A DNA stretch of 64,000 nt, from NCBI RefSeq assembly GCF_006345805.1, contig NC_043006.1:45942001-46006000 (forward strand), given 5' to 3'. The translations under genes and the position numbers were made by a program. Origin of the DNA: Octopus sinensis. Taxonomy: Eukaryota. Every line of letters begins with the position of its first letter. Positions within the stretch are counted from its first letter, which is position 1. Positions 40,125-54,129 of the stretch are shown piece after piece. Under the pieces are notes generated by a model, which was given only the letters and a program-made list of their open reading frames with translations, was not told where the DNA came from and ran no database searches.

Positions 40125-40620
40125 CCCGAAATTTTGAGGGAGAGGGCCAGTCGGTTAGATCGACTCCAGTACGCAACTGGTACTTAATTTATCGACCCCA
40201 AATGGATGAAAGGCAAAGTCGACCTCGGTGAAATATGATCGATTCCACTACGCAACTGGTACTTAATTTATCGATCCTAAAATAATGAAAGGCAAGCTCG
40301 ACCATGCGGAATTTGAACTCAAAACAGCGGCAGGCGAAATATCGCTAAGCATTTCGTCCAGGGTGCTAAAAATTCTGCCAGCTCGCCGCCTTGTCAACAA
40401 TAAATACTTTTCTACTCTGGGCACAAGGCCCGAAATTTGGGGGGAGAGGGCCAGTCGGTTAGATCGACTCCAGTACGCAATTGGTACTTAATTTATCGAT
40501 CGCAAAAGGATGAAAGGCAAAGTCGACCTCGGCGGAATTTGAACTCAGAACGTAACGGCAGACGAAATACGGCTACGCATTTCGCCCAGCGTGCTATGCT
40601 TCTTCCAGCTTGCCGCCTTA
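40125..40620 (-). mobile_element. Cluster of three partial SINE family 3 copies
   Basis: ACTGGTACTTAATTTATCGA...GATGAAAGGCAAAGTCGACC recurs three times. Confidence 0.85.
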
Positions 40621-41348
40621 TCAACAATAAATACTGAAACGAAATGGTATGAGCAGTAGAGTAACGGATAATTTCTCTCCAAGCCATACAGCGACATGGT
40701 TTCAATTTCCGGTGGAAAACTATCTCTCATTACCTGAACTGCTAAGTCTCCGACACTAAAGCGTGGATGTTAGAATTTTCAATTACTCTTTTGTCTAAAA
40801 TAGAGGAATTTTCTAACGAAGGAAGGAGAAGAAATCAATAAAATTAAATTAGAAAGCAGGAAATAAAAACAACATAAATATAAGATATTGTTAACAACCT
40901 AAGATGACAGCAAGAAAACGAAATAGACAGGAAGACAAACGACTGTTGGTTGAAAATGAAAAACATGTAACAAGGGTCAAAACAAGTTCACAGAGATAAT
41001 GCTATATTATTGATAACCTATTCAATAACCTAACGAAGGTGATTTAACACCTACCATTAATCATATGCAAATACTATTCACTTAATTCCCAAGATTCTAA
41101 TCGGAAATATGTCGAAACTTAGCTGTTTATTCCCTTCAATTATTATAAATATCTGAGGATCTTTTTCCATCCGTTTTCCAAAGACCTAACAACACACTCA
41201 GTGTTTAACCACTTCATCTGTTGTACGCTTTATTTCCTCCACGATGGTTTTCTGATATCTTAATAACCATTCCTTTGCGAAGAGCATCGAATATTTCATC
41301 CACACATTCTATAATAGTTTCATCTATATATGTATATGTATGTGTTTA

Positions 41349-41388
<40 letters not shown>

Positions 41389-41391
<3 letters not shown>

Positions 41392-42310
41392 CTGAAGAAG
41401 GGGAATATTCCTCGTGTTGTATGTCTTGTACTCTGTCTTTTCGTTGTTTGAAAAAAGTCCATTTCCATGGTTTTGTTTTTATATGTTTTTATGTTTTCGT
41501 TTCTCATTGTTTTCTACGTTTTTTTTTTTGGTGTCCTGTACCCATATATGTATATATATATGCATATAGATGTAGGTATGTACACATATGTATGTATAAA
41601 TGCATATGTTTTATTTATTATTTTGTTATTATATGATCGAACGCCACACATCCACTTCCAAATATGTTTTTATCTTAATAATTATGATGCGCACTCTTAA
41701 CTCCTAACTTTACTCTCTCTCTCCTCTTATTCTTCATTCTTTCTGGGTTTTCTCTACCGCCCTTCCCTTTTCTTCTCTCCCTTTCACCGTTCCTTTTCTC
41801 TTTCTCCTCCACCTCCCTCCCGTCGATGACATGTGACCAGAGGGTTACTTTCTTTCTGACTACTGCCTTCAAAGCGTTCAAAATAATTTTTCCTTTCGTC
41901 TCGGTTTAACAGCCCTTACCGTTTGTTTTTACTGTGTTATTCTCCTTGTCGTGTCTTTTACTGCTTTTATTTGTATTGTTTTTACTGTCATATTCTTGTT
42001 ACCACTTTTACCCCTCCGCAAAAAATCCCAAATTTTATTAATACTTTATTATACTTTGCGGGAAGGACTGTTTCAAGTTGTGTCTTGACCTTACCTTCGA
42101 AACACGGAGCAGCCGAAGCAGGGGCAGTTGAAGAAGGGGAATATTCCTTGTGTTGTATGTCTTGTACTCTGTGTTTTCGTTGTTTGAAAAAAGTCCGTTT
42201 CCATGGTTTTGTTTTTATATGTTTTTATGTTTTCGTTTTTCATTGTGTTCTACGTTTTTTGGTGTCCTGTACCCATATATGCATATGTTTTATTTATTAT
42301 TTTGTTATTA
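41389..42310 (+). mobile_element. 736-bp unit plus partial second unit in (TA)n; relative of 15316-17024
   Basis: CAG[CT]TGAAGAAGGGG at 41389 and 42125; shares blocks with the 850-bp unit (GTCCTGTAC, GATGTAGGTA, TGCATAT.TTTTATTTAT, ATCCACTT). Confidence 0.85.
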
Positions 42311-42324
42311 TATATATATATATG

Positions 42325-42381
<57 letters not shown>

Positions 42382-42385
42382 GCAT

Positions 42386-42443
<58 letters not shown>

Positions 42444-42590
42444 CTATTTTGAGTATACAGACTTAGTTAAGTATGGAAGCAAATTGTAGGTTACAGAGAA
42501 TTTTGACAATATATTATTAACTTGTAAATTATCAGTTAAAACTCTCCATCTTCTCATATAGTATATATATATATATATACATAAATACAT

Positions 42591-42658
<68 letters not shown>

Positions 42659-42660
42659 TA

Positions 42661-43040
42661 TAAGAGGGATGACCACTAAGGGGACAGCCAATATGCTAGA
42701 TGTAGATCCCATATGGTCTGGCCATTGAGAAAAGGATGTTCTCAGGAAAATTCAGCAAACGCCATAACGTAAGTGAGCAAAACAAATGGAAAGATACAAA
42801 ATATACGGATTAGTCACATTCCAGGTTTCATTGCTACCATTTACGTATGTAAATATGTAAGTGGTAACAATGAAACCAGGTGTGTGACTAATCTGTATAG
42901 TTTGTATCTTTTCATTTTTCTTGCTCGCTTACATTCTGGCGTTTGCTAAATTTTCTTGAGAATAATATTTTCTCAGTGGTCAGACGATATGCGGTCTATA
43001 TCTAGCATATTGGATGTCCACTTAGTGGTCATCCCCCTTA
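42661..43040. mobile_element. Palindromic foldback MITE
   Basis: TAAGAGGGATGACCACTAAG...CTTAGTGGTCATCCCCCTTA; arms complementary almost to the centre near 42850; TA ends. Confidence 0.85.
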
Positions 43041-43099
43041 TATGTATCTAATGTAATTTTTCTGAATCTTCAAATATCTTTCAATATGCAAGCCTACTG

Positions 43100-43591
43100 G
43101 TTTAAATTGATATGAATCAAATGAATGAAAACATGAAAATTTATCAACTGATTTCGCGGACCGTCACCGAACAATTGACGAACTTGTTGATATGATTGGT
43201 GTATCCTGGGGCTCCTTCCAACGAATTTAGAGCGAGGAATTGCAAATGAAAAGAATTGCAACCAAATTTGTGCCTCGCTTGCTCACAGAAGTTCAAAAGC
43301 AGTGACGACGGATTGCGTGTCGTGAACTGAAAGAAAAGTGTTATTTTTTCGAAGGTCATCACTGGTGATGAAAGCTGGTGCTACGGAATACGAACATATA
43401 GAAGATGTGAAGAATACAACGCCGGACGCGATAAGAGGCATCACTTTGCAAGAGTTCCAGCTCTGCTTTCAACAGTGGAAAATAGACTTCAAATGGAGAA
43501 TACTTTGAAACCGATAAAAGTGTAAACGTGTAAAACTAAGTGAATAGAATAGCAATGCAAATTTCCAGTTCCTTTATGGTAACCTCTCGTA
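43100..43591 (+). pseudogene. Deleted mariner transposase remnant with right TIR
   Basis: DRHRTIDELVDMIGVSWGSFQ...KFVPRLLT...VITGDESWCYG...GEYFE; ends AACCTCTCGTA. Confidence 0.88.
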
Positions 43592-43893
43592 CATGTCAAT
43601 CTATTGTGACAATTCTAAACACATATGTTTTTCGTAATCTCCAATACAAAACACATACATACACACGATCACACCACGCGTACCAACGCACAAACAAACA
43701 GATATAAAGATGAGCAAATAATTCGCAAGAAAAAATACAAATTCTCGGAAATTAATTTGCTAAGCTATTATTAATTTTGTTATCATCTGGAACGATTATT
43801 TTTAAAATGATAATAACAGAATTAATTATATAGGCGATTGCAGGCACAAGAAAAAGCTGAGGGATTAATTTTTAATGTTAATCCCTGTTTTAC

Positions 43894-43944
<51 letters not shown>

Positions 43945-43947
43945 ATA

Positions 43948-43982
<35 letters not shown>

Positions 43983-44295
43983 TGTATGTATGTATGTATG
44001 TATATGTATGTATGTATGTATGTATGTACGTATGTGCGTATGTGTGTATGCATGTATGTATGTATGTGTATGAACAAGCATACATGTACATAGATATATT
44101 AGTATATAAGCACTGAATATTTACTGTAAATATAACGTAAAAGAAATGCCGCAAATATGATATTGTTTAAGATAGCATGTTCGCGTGGGAATGTATACGA
44201 CAGTGTATTCTGCAACTGTAGACACATACACACATACACGCGCACCCGCTCATATATATAAATAGATAGACAGACAGACGGACAGCCAGACGCAC

Positions 44296-44369
<74 letters not shown>

Positions 44370-44372
<3 letters not shown>

Positions 44373-44529
44373 TGTTTCTTTATTAGCCACACAGGGCTGC
44401 ACACAGACAGGACAAATTACAAGGTAGAGCTTTTCTTTTGGGGGTAAAAGAAGGGGGTTTGGTTTTCGATCAAAAGGGATCGTAAATGGAAAGAAAGAGG
44501 ACAAAAACGGGGGGGGGGGATAAAAAAGG

Positions 44530-44530
<1 letters not shown>
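44370..44530 (-). mobile_element. LINE 3' end (Tx1/L1-like), short copy, in (GATA)n
   Basis: Matches 59745-59900; AATAAAGAAAC then (TATC)n tail; (GATA)n on both flanks. Confidence 0.8.
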
Positions 44531-44577
<47 letters not shown>

Positions 44578-45689
44578 CGTATATGCATAGCGTACGAGAT
44601 GTTAGTTCTCAATGTTAGTTAAATGTCTCACTTCTACATCCTTCCATCTCATAACTCATCCTGTTTTTTTATAACCCGTCTCTCAACAACCCTCTCTCTC
44701 TCTCTCTCTCTCTTTCTCCACTGTAATTTTGGCAGTCACTGACCTCTGTCACTCCCTCTATCTCTCTATTTCTTTCTCTCTCTCTCTCTCTTCCACTTTA
44801 ACTGTATTTTCTACTCTACCCTACTCTTACACTCCCTCCCAGACTTTCTCTGTCTTTACGCGTCTCTTTTTTTTAAAAACTCCCTCCCTATCTTCCTATC
44901 TTTTACCCCTTTCCACTTTTCTACTCACCCCAGCACTCACTCATTCTCCGTCACTCACCACCGAAGTCCTTCCTTCACTCCACATTAATCACATTATAAA
45001 GATTAGGTAACGTTCCATTTTATGATGCTTTAACTTTTAATTCCCACCTAATTTCATCTTTGACCCTTTCCAGGGTGGACGAGGGCGGGATGCAAGAAGA
45101 AGGGAAGGACGGGGCAAGAACGCGGAGGATTCAATAATTACATTCTAGGATCCAAGCCTGGAATGCTGGAGTCAAGAATCTCATCTGAGTTGCTCACTTA
45201 CACACACAAATACATACACTCTTACATAGTCACATAAACACATACATTTGATATCACACTCGCACGCACTTTTCACATTACCCATTATGCAATGAAATAC
45301 ACATACACGCACAAATTACACGTTATAAATGCTGCAATAGTTACATCCGAGACAAACACAATGCATTCATCGTATAACACATAGATATCTATATTTTGTA
45401 CATTAAAACACATTGGAACCAGCGAGAGTGATTCGTCATGGTTGCTCCACCTCGATGGAGAGACAATTGCTAGCAGATTTCCCAGAATTGCACCCAACTA
45501 ATTTAGGAATGAACACGTCGGGCAATGTTGTTTCTTGTTCGCTGCGCATAGAACAAAGGCTGGTTAGTCACGACTGGAATTTATTTAACCGTAGGTCTCC
45601 ATGATCAGGCATTGCATGAACGTAAGCAATTACAACTAACAATGGGAAAGTACAAAAGCAAATATTATACGTTAATATTACACGTGAAT

Positions 45690-45965
45690 GACGGCGGCGA
45701 GCTGGCAGAAACGTTAGCACGCTGGGCGAAATGCTTAGCGGTATTTCATCTGCCCTTACATTCTGAGTTCAAATTCCGCCGAGGTCGACTTTGTCTTTCA
45801 TCCTTTCGGGGTCGATTAAATAAGTACCAGTTACGCACTGGGGTCGATGTAATCGACTTAATCCCTTTGTCTGTCCTTGTTTGTCCTCTCTATGTTTAGC
45901 CCCTTGTGGGTAGTAAAGAAATAGGTATTTCGTCTGCCTTTACGTTCTGAGTTCAAATTCCGCCA
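45690..45965 (+). mobile_element. SINE family 3 (near full length)
   Basis: GGCGGCGAGCTGGCAGAAACGTTAGC...GTTCAAATTCC...TTTCATCCTTTCGGGGTCGAT...CCCCTTGTGGGTAGTAAAGAAATAGG. Confidence 0.9.
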
Positions 45966-46629
45966 AATTATATATAAGTGAGTAAAAGAATATATACATG
46001 CATTCTGTCTTATACAGTCATATAATAAAAGCATACATAGATGTACACATATACACTTTCATGAAATTGGTGAGTTCAAATTCCGTCTGAGCCAACTTTA
46101 CCTTTCATTCTTTCGGGGCCGAATGCTGGCCTTCTGACAAAATTTGAAACCAATACTATTCTATTTAAATTTGTCTATGTTTATCAATTTGTCATTAACG
46201 TCGCTCCTAGGTACCTTAAATGTTGCTTGTAGCATGAGTTCCGTGTTACTATCGGATATTAATATGTATTATTACTTATATACATTCATTCATACAGATA
46301 AAATAAAGGGTGCTATCAGTTGAATAGTAAGTTACAGAAGCGATATTCCTCACCAATAAACTGGTTTTTTACTCGTCAAACTTCAAATGGCGGTCATATA
46401 CACGCATATATACATACATACATACATTCATTCATACATACATACATACATACATACATACATACATACATACATACATACATACAAGCGTTTCTTTTCT
46501 ATCTTGTTTGTACATTTCCAATTCATCTCAATATATAATAATTTTGTTTTGTTATGACAACAGAAAAAACACGAAATATACCTAGCACCGTTTCCCTCAA
46601 ATGGAGACGCTTACACACACAAACACACA

Positions 46630-48570
<1,941 letters not shown>

Positions 48571-49377
48571 CACTTCTCTCTAAACAACAAAACCACACCC
48601 TGCACTCATAAGGTTCTGTATTTATGTATTAAAACGCCTGAATACCCAAATGATGGAGTTCTATAGTTCATATACTATTCATAGCAGATAATATTATTGT
48701 TTTCACTGATATTGTTACTTCTGTATTCACCAGATCTATGAGGGAATGCATCCCGGTCGTGACAAACTGTGGCATTTATTTAATATTAGGTAGAATAATA
48801 TTAGGACTACGTTTTATGTAACATGCATTTTCTTTCATCTATAGCGTTTTGTTATACTTTACCTGAAATTTCTACTAAGTCGAGAGTATCCAAAATCTCC
48901 CTATTATCTTGTTACATCGCTAATGTATATTTTTTATCAAGCTTACTGGCTAATCGGCATACCAGCTCCTTTTCCGGCACTGTCAATATATATATGTCAC
49001 TGGCGGGGGAGATGAATCTCTGCCGTCTCTAGCGGTCGGGTGTCCATCATTAACAAAACGAAACATGGTCAGAATCACGTGATCTGATGGCCTTAGTGCT
49101 GGAGGTAGCGAATATTTATTTCCCTGCTAGCGATATAAAGAAGAGTGCATTTTGCACCAAAAAAGCCAATATGAGATGTTCTGTCATAGTAATTACCGCA
49201 GTAAAGTTTGTTGTAATAGAACATCCACATATGAATTGGGGATAAATATTAACTCTCGATATTTTTTTATATCTAGTAATAAATTATGACTCTATATAGC
49301 CTGTCCATCGATAATTCGCAGGCCTGTTTCCAAGTTCTAGCCCTTAATGTAGGAAAAGGGATGTTACAGTTACGTTA

Positions 49378-49612
49378 GAGTCATGCCGACTCATAAGGGC
49401 CTGTCTACCGGTTTCCATGGCCTATATATTCCCCACATGGACGGGATGCCGGTCCGTCACAGAGTAACTCATTTTTTTCCAGCTGAGTGAACTGGAGCAA
49501 CGTGAAATAAAGCGTTTTGCTCAAGAACATAACGCGTCGTCCGGTCCAGGAATCGAAACCACAATCTTACGACCATGAGTCCAACGCTCTAACCACTAAT
49601 CCACGCGCCTCC
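49378..49612 (-). mobile_element. SINE family 2
   Basis: Reverse strand GGAGGCGCGTGGATTAGTGGTTAGAGCG...GTTTCGATTCC. Confidence 0.88.
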
Positions 49613-50555
49613 ACTATAAAGAAAAGGAATGGGTTTTCGTGTGACATGGAAGGTGAGCATTCATTTCTTTGATCAACTGTTACCTTCTGCTCAATGAATC
49701 CGCTTGTAGATGTCTGGACATTCCAGAGACACATGTATTATTAACGCAATTCTCAGGTGATATGTTTGTAATATGTTTAAATGAAGCTTTACTCCTAAGT
49801 TATAGGACGATCCATCCAATGGGCTCTCACGCAGTTTCCTTGTACCCAATTTCACTCTCAAGCCCTACCCGATGATATAGCAGAAAACACTTGTCGAATA
49901 AGCCGGGTAGTGGAATACAAACAGCGATTGAAATTAATCGAGTACACAGCAGCGTTATCTTTGTTAAATAACCAAAGAGATTATATATTTTTACGGTGAA
50001 AGCTTTCTGTAGTAGATTGATTTGCTAGAAATAGCAGCCAAATCTTCCTCCCATTACATTTCCATTAATTTGAAATAGGGAACGGACACGTTAGACAATG
50101 AAATCTTGAATGTTTCTTCCAAAGTCAGGATGGTCTCGTTTGAAATATATTTTACCATAGTTATGCTCAATCATATCCGACTTTGCGCTAAACTAAACCA
50201 ACAACAGCAACAATTCCAACATTTGGTTAATGTGTATCGCATAACTACGGCTAAAACCCAAGTCGAAACCGAAGAGATAACGTAAGATCATTTTAATATC
50301 GCTTTAAAAACCGAACGACGCATATCACATTCACATGACATGACCACACGTTTAAGAAGTTCATTTTGCATCCTCGTCCTTATAACATTGATGCCACTAA
50401 TGGGTACCGTGAGAAGTTTTCTTTTATCATAGGTCTTGTTAAAGCAAAACTTTGTGGATGCAGTGTGACAGAACGGAAACTTCTATAAAGCTATTCATAA
50501 TTTTGAGGAATATATATAATGTGTATATACTATATATATATATATATATATAATA

Positions 50556-50599
<44 letters not shown>

Positions 50600-50724
50600 C
50601 AACAAATGAGGAACGGCTATAATAGGCCGTTCGACCACTAGAAATAGCAGCCAGGGCTCCAAACGCAAATAGTAGTAATTCCGGAATCAGAGGAAAAATT
50701 AAAAAAAACATTTACCCTGTTCAT

Positions 50725-50834
50725 CTTTAGACAATGCATTGTTTCAGCGTTTTTTAATGGTAAACCGGCCTGATTAAATTAAATTAAACTTAATCAAGTC
50801 AATCTTCCAAAGGCCAACGCGTTCATCAGTAAAG
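50725..50834 (-). ncRNA. Type I hammerhead ribozyme with extended stem II
   Basis: Reverse complement of the 51487-51596 motif. Confidence 0.85.
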
Positions 50835-51486
50835 GAGCCAGGAGGGACAGAAATTACACGAGGCAGCTACCTTCATGCCTCGGTAATATCTGACGTAAAA
50901 TTTTCAAAATCATCGTACTCGCGCCAACTTATCGGCAGCAAATATAAACTGCCGATTCAATTTCGGAATTAATCAGAAAATTATCAATTAATCAATATTA
51001 GGGTAGCAAAAAATTCAATAGAAATTATTTTGCCACCAGCGGTCTAGTGAGAAAGAGGAAATAGTCAGAGACTATTAATAAATTCAACAACAAATTGAGG
51101 AACGGCTATAATAGGCCGTTCGACCCACTAGAAATAGCAGCCAGGGCTCCAACCGCAAATAGTGGTAATTCCGGAATCAGAGGAAAAATTAAAAAAACAT
51201 TTACCCTGTTCATCTTTAGACAATGCATTGTTGTTGAATTTATTAATAGTCTCTGACTATTTCCTCTTTCTCACTAGACCGCTGGTAGCAAAATAATTTC
51301 TATTGAATTTTTTGCTACCCTAATATTGATTAATTGATAATTTTCTGATTAATTCCGAAATTGAATCGGCAGTTTATATTTGCTGCCGATAAGTTGGCGC
51401 GAGTACGATTATTTTGAAAATTTTACGTCAGATATTACCGAGGCATGAAGGTAGCTGCCTCGTGTAATTTCTGTCCCTCCTGGCTC

Positions 51487-51596
51487 CTTTACTGATGAAC
51501 GCGTTGGCCTTTGGAAGTTTGACTTGATTAAGTTTAATTTAATTTAATCAGGCTGGTTTACCATTAAAAAACGCTGAAACAATGCATTGTCTAAAG
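51487..51596 (+). ncRNA. Type I hammerhead ribozyme with extended stem II
   Basis: Stem I CTTTA/TAAAG, CTGATGA 51492-51498, GAAAC 51576-51580, palindromic stem III ACAATGCATTGT, GUC triplet with predicted cut after 51591. Confidence 0.87.
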
Positions 51597-51890
51597 ATGA
51601 ACAGGGTAAATGTTTTTTTAATTTTTCCTCTGATTCCGGAATTACTACTATTTGCGGTTGGAGCCCTGGCTGCTATTTCTAGTGGGTCGAACGGCCTATT
51701 ATAGCCGTTCCTCAATTTGTTGTTGAATTTATTAATAGTCTCTGTCTATTTCCTCTTTCTCACTAGACCGCTGGTGGCAAAATAATTTCTATTGAATTTT
51801 TTGCTACCCTAATATTGATTAATATATATATATTATATATATATATATACTTAAAAGAGTAAAAGAGTATATATATATATATCTATATAT

Positions 51891-51937
<47 letters not shown>

Positions 51938-51974
51938 TCTTTTACTCTTTTACTCTTTCTTATTACTTTATTCT

Positions 51975-52285
51975 TTTTGTACCTATTACTTATTCTATCG
52001 GTCCCTTTTGCCGAACCGCTAAGTTACGGGGACATAAACACACCAGCATCGGTTGTCAAGCAATGCTAGCGGTACAAACACAGACACACAAACATACACG
52101 CACACACACACATATATATATATATATATAGATATATACGACGGGTGTCTTTCAGTTTCCATCTCCCAAAACCACTCGGAAGGCTTTGGTCGGCCCGAGG
52201 CTATAGTAGAAGACACTTGCCCAAGGTGCCACGCAGTGGGACTGAACCCGGAACCATGTGGTTGGTAAACAAGCTACTTACCACA
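51975..52285 (-). mobile_element. SINE family 1
   Basis: GCCGAACCGCTAAG...GAAGACACTTGCCCAAGGTGCCACGCAGTGGGACTGAACCCGG. Confidence 0.9.
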
Positions 52286-52679
52286 TGTATGTATGTATAT
52301 GTAAACAGGGCCTTGCTAAATACATGTCATTAACATAGTAAACCAATGAAGAGTGGGGAGAGCCACAAACACTACTTCGTTATGCGCACGTAAAATAAAA
52401 ACATAGTATCGTGCATGGTCGTGTGGTTAATATGTACTTGTGTATATGTGTGTGCCTAAGTTGTTTGTATTTGTTCGTCTTGTATTCAGAAACTAGAAAA
52501 CGAAGAGCTACAAGACGATATGTATCATCTTGCAACATATCAGGGAGGAATTTATGAGGTGTATACTGAGAAAGAAAAGCAAAATTTCTCTCAAACTACA
52601 GCCATTCTGTTCTCTCATGAAAAACATGGAGAAGAACAATAATCTTGAATTTGGAATGAAGTAGTTAAAGCATGTTCTC

Positions 52680-53095
52680 TCTCCCCATCTCGCTTTCTCT
52701 CTCTCTATCTCTCTTTCTCTCTCTCTCTCTCTCTATCTCTATCTCGAATAGTGGAATTGAGAAAGATAGAGAATAAGAGACGTATAAAAAGAGAGACAGA
52801 GATAACGAGAGCAAGATGAAAATAATGGTGGTGATGGCGGTGGTAAGTTTGTGTGACGTCAAACTTTGTTTCTTTTCCTCCATCTCTCTCTCTCTCTCTC
52901 TCTTCCTTTCTTTCACTCTCTTTCTCTCTCTCTCTTCCTCTCTCTTTTTCGCTCCCTCTTTCTCTCTCTTTTTTCTCTTTTTCTCTTCCCTTCTCTGTCT
53001 TTCTTTTTCTCTCTCTTCCTCTTTCTCTCTCTTTCTCTCTCTTTTCTTCTCTCTTTCTTTCTCCATCTTTCTCTTCCTCTCTCTCTTGCACTCTC
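52680..53095. repeat. (CT)n/(GA)n-rich tract
   Basis: Direct reading. Confidence 0.9.
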
Positions 53096-53693
53096 TAACC
53101 TTCTATGGAATTTGGGAATACAAACCCTCGTTGAGAAAACTCTTAATGTAATTTACTCTGGTTTCAATATCAGAAGGAGCGCAGTGTACATTTCACTTCA
53201 AAATAGCAGCATTGTCGTTCATTATATAACAAGGAATTATACAGCGGATTCAAATTTGAAAGAACAGCTGATATCCGAGAAAGAGCATTTCACCTGAAAA
53301 CTTTTGCTGAACTAATTGTGACTTGATCAAAACAGACAAGTATCATACACTATTACAGAGATCTTATATCTTCCCATTACTTAAATCCTACAACATTGGA
53401 AAAGATTTCAGCAATATAAAATAACAAATACATAAACAAATATCGGTTTCTAATTTCCTGGTGATATGTTTTCAGAAAGATTCCAAAGTCCAACTCTCTA
53501 TTCATTTACATACGTTTGTAGGGATAACTCTATTTTTAAGAAGCGTGATTTACAGCCATGTAGTTCCGGGTTCTGTCCAACTATTCTTCAACTTAGACAT
53601 GTAATTTCTACAATAGAATTTAATCTCTACAGAAAAAACCCATAACTTCTTCCGTTCTAAAAATAATCAAAGGGTGATAAATAATTTTTCATC

Positions 53694-54115
53694 GGCGCAG
53701 GCGTGGCTGTGTGGTAAGACGTTTGCTTCCCATTTACATGATTCTACGTTCAGTCCCACAGCGTGGCACCTAGGGCAAGTGTCCTCTACTATAGCCTCGG
53801 GCTATCCAAAGCCTTGTAAGTGAATTTGTTAGACGGAAGCTGAAAGAAGCTCTTTATATGTGTATATGTGTGTGTTTGGGTGTATGAATGTGTGTGTCTT
53901 CGTGTATGTTTGTCCCACACCAACACATGACATCCGTTGTTAGAATGATTATGATCCCATAACGTAGAGGTTCGGCAAGAGACATCGACAGAATAAGTAC
54001 CAGAGTCTATCAAAAAAGTAATAAGTACTGGCGTCGATAAGTTCGACTAAAATTCTTCAAGGCGGTACCCCAGACTGGCCGCAGTTTAATGTCTGAAACA
54101 AGTAAAAGATAAAAG
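53694..54115 (+). mobile_element. SINE family 1
   Basis: GGCGCAGGCGTGGCTGTGTGGTAAG...GTTCAGTCCC...GGCCGCAG...GAAACAAGTAAAAG. Confidence 0.88.
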
Positions 54116-54129
54116 GTATTTAAGCATGA

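Larger units (their letters stand above)
50598..51823. mobile_element. Retrozyme-like 488-bp hammerhead element, inverted 1.3 + 1.2 unit array in (TA)n
   Basis: Unit starts 50598 and 51086; inverted unit starts 51231 and 51720; non-coding; several perfect hairpins; type I hammerhead in each arm. Confidence 0.9.

Noticed and set aside
45010-45610. Possible solo LTR
   Set aside because: No clear TG..CA termini, target duplication or second copy.
52490-52645. Possible plus-strand exon KLENEELQDDMYHLATYQGG... after TTGTATTCAG
   Set aside because: No recognisable domain or convincing donor, and no partner exons; a chance open frame is plausible.
53085-53297. 70-codon non-repetitive tail of ORF 52866-53297
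   Set aside because: No motif, start or splice signals recognised.
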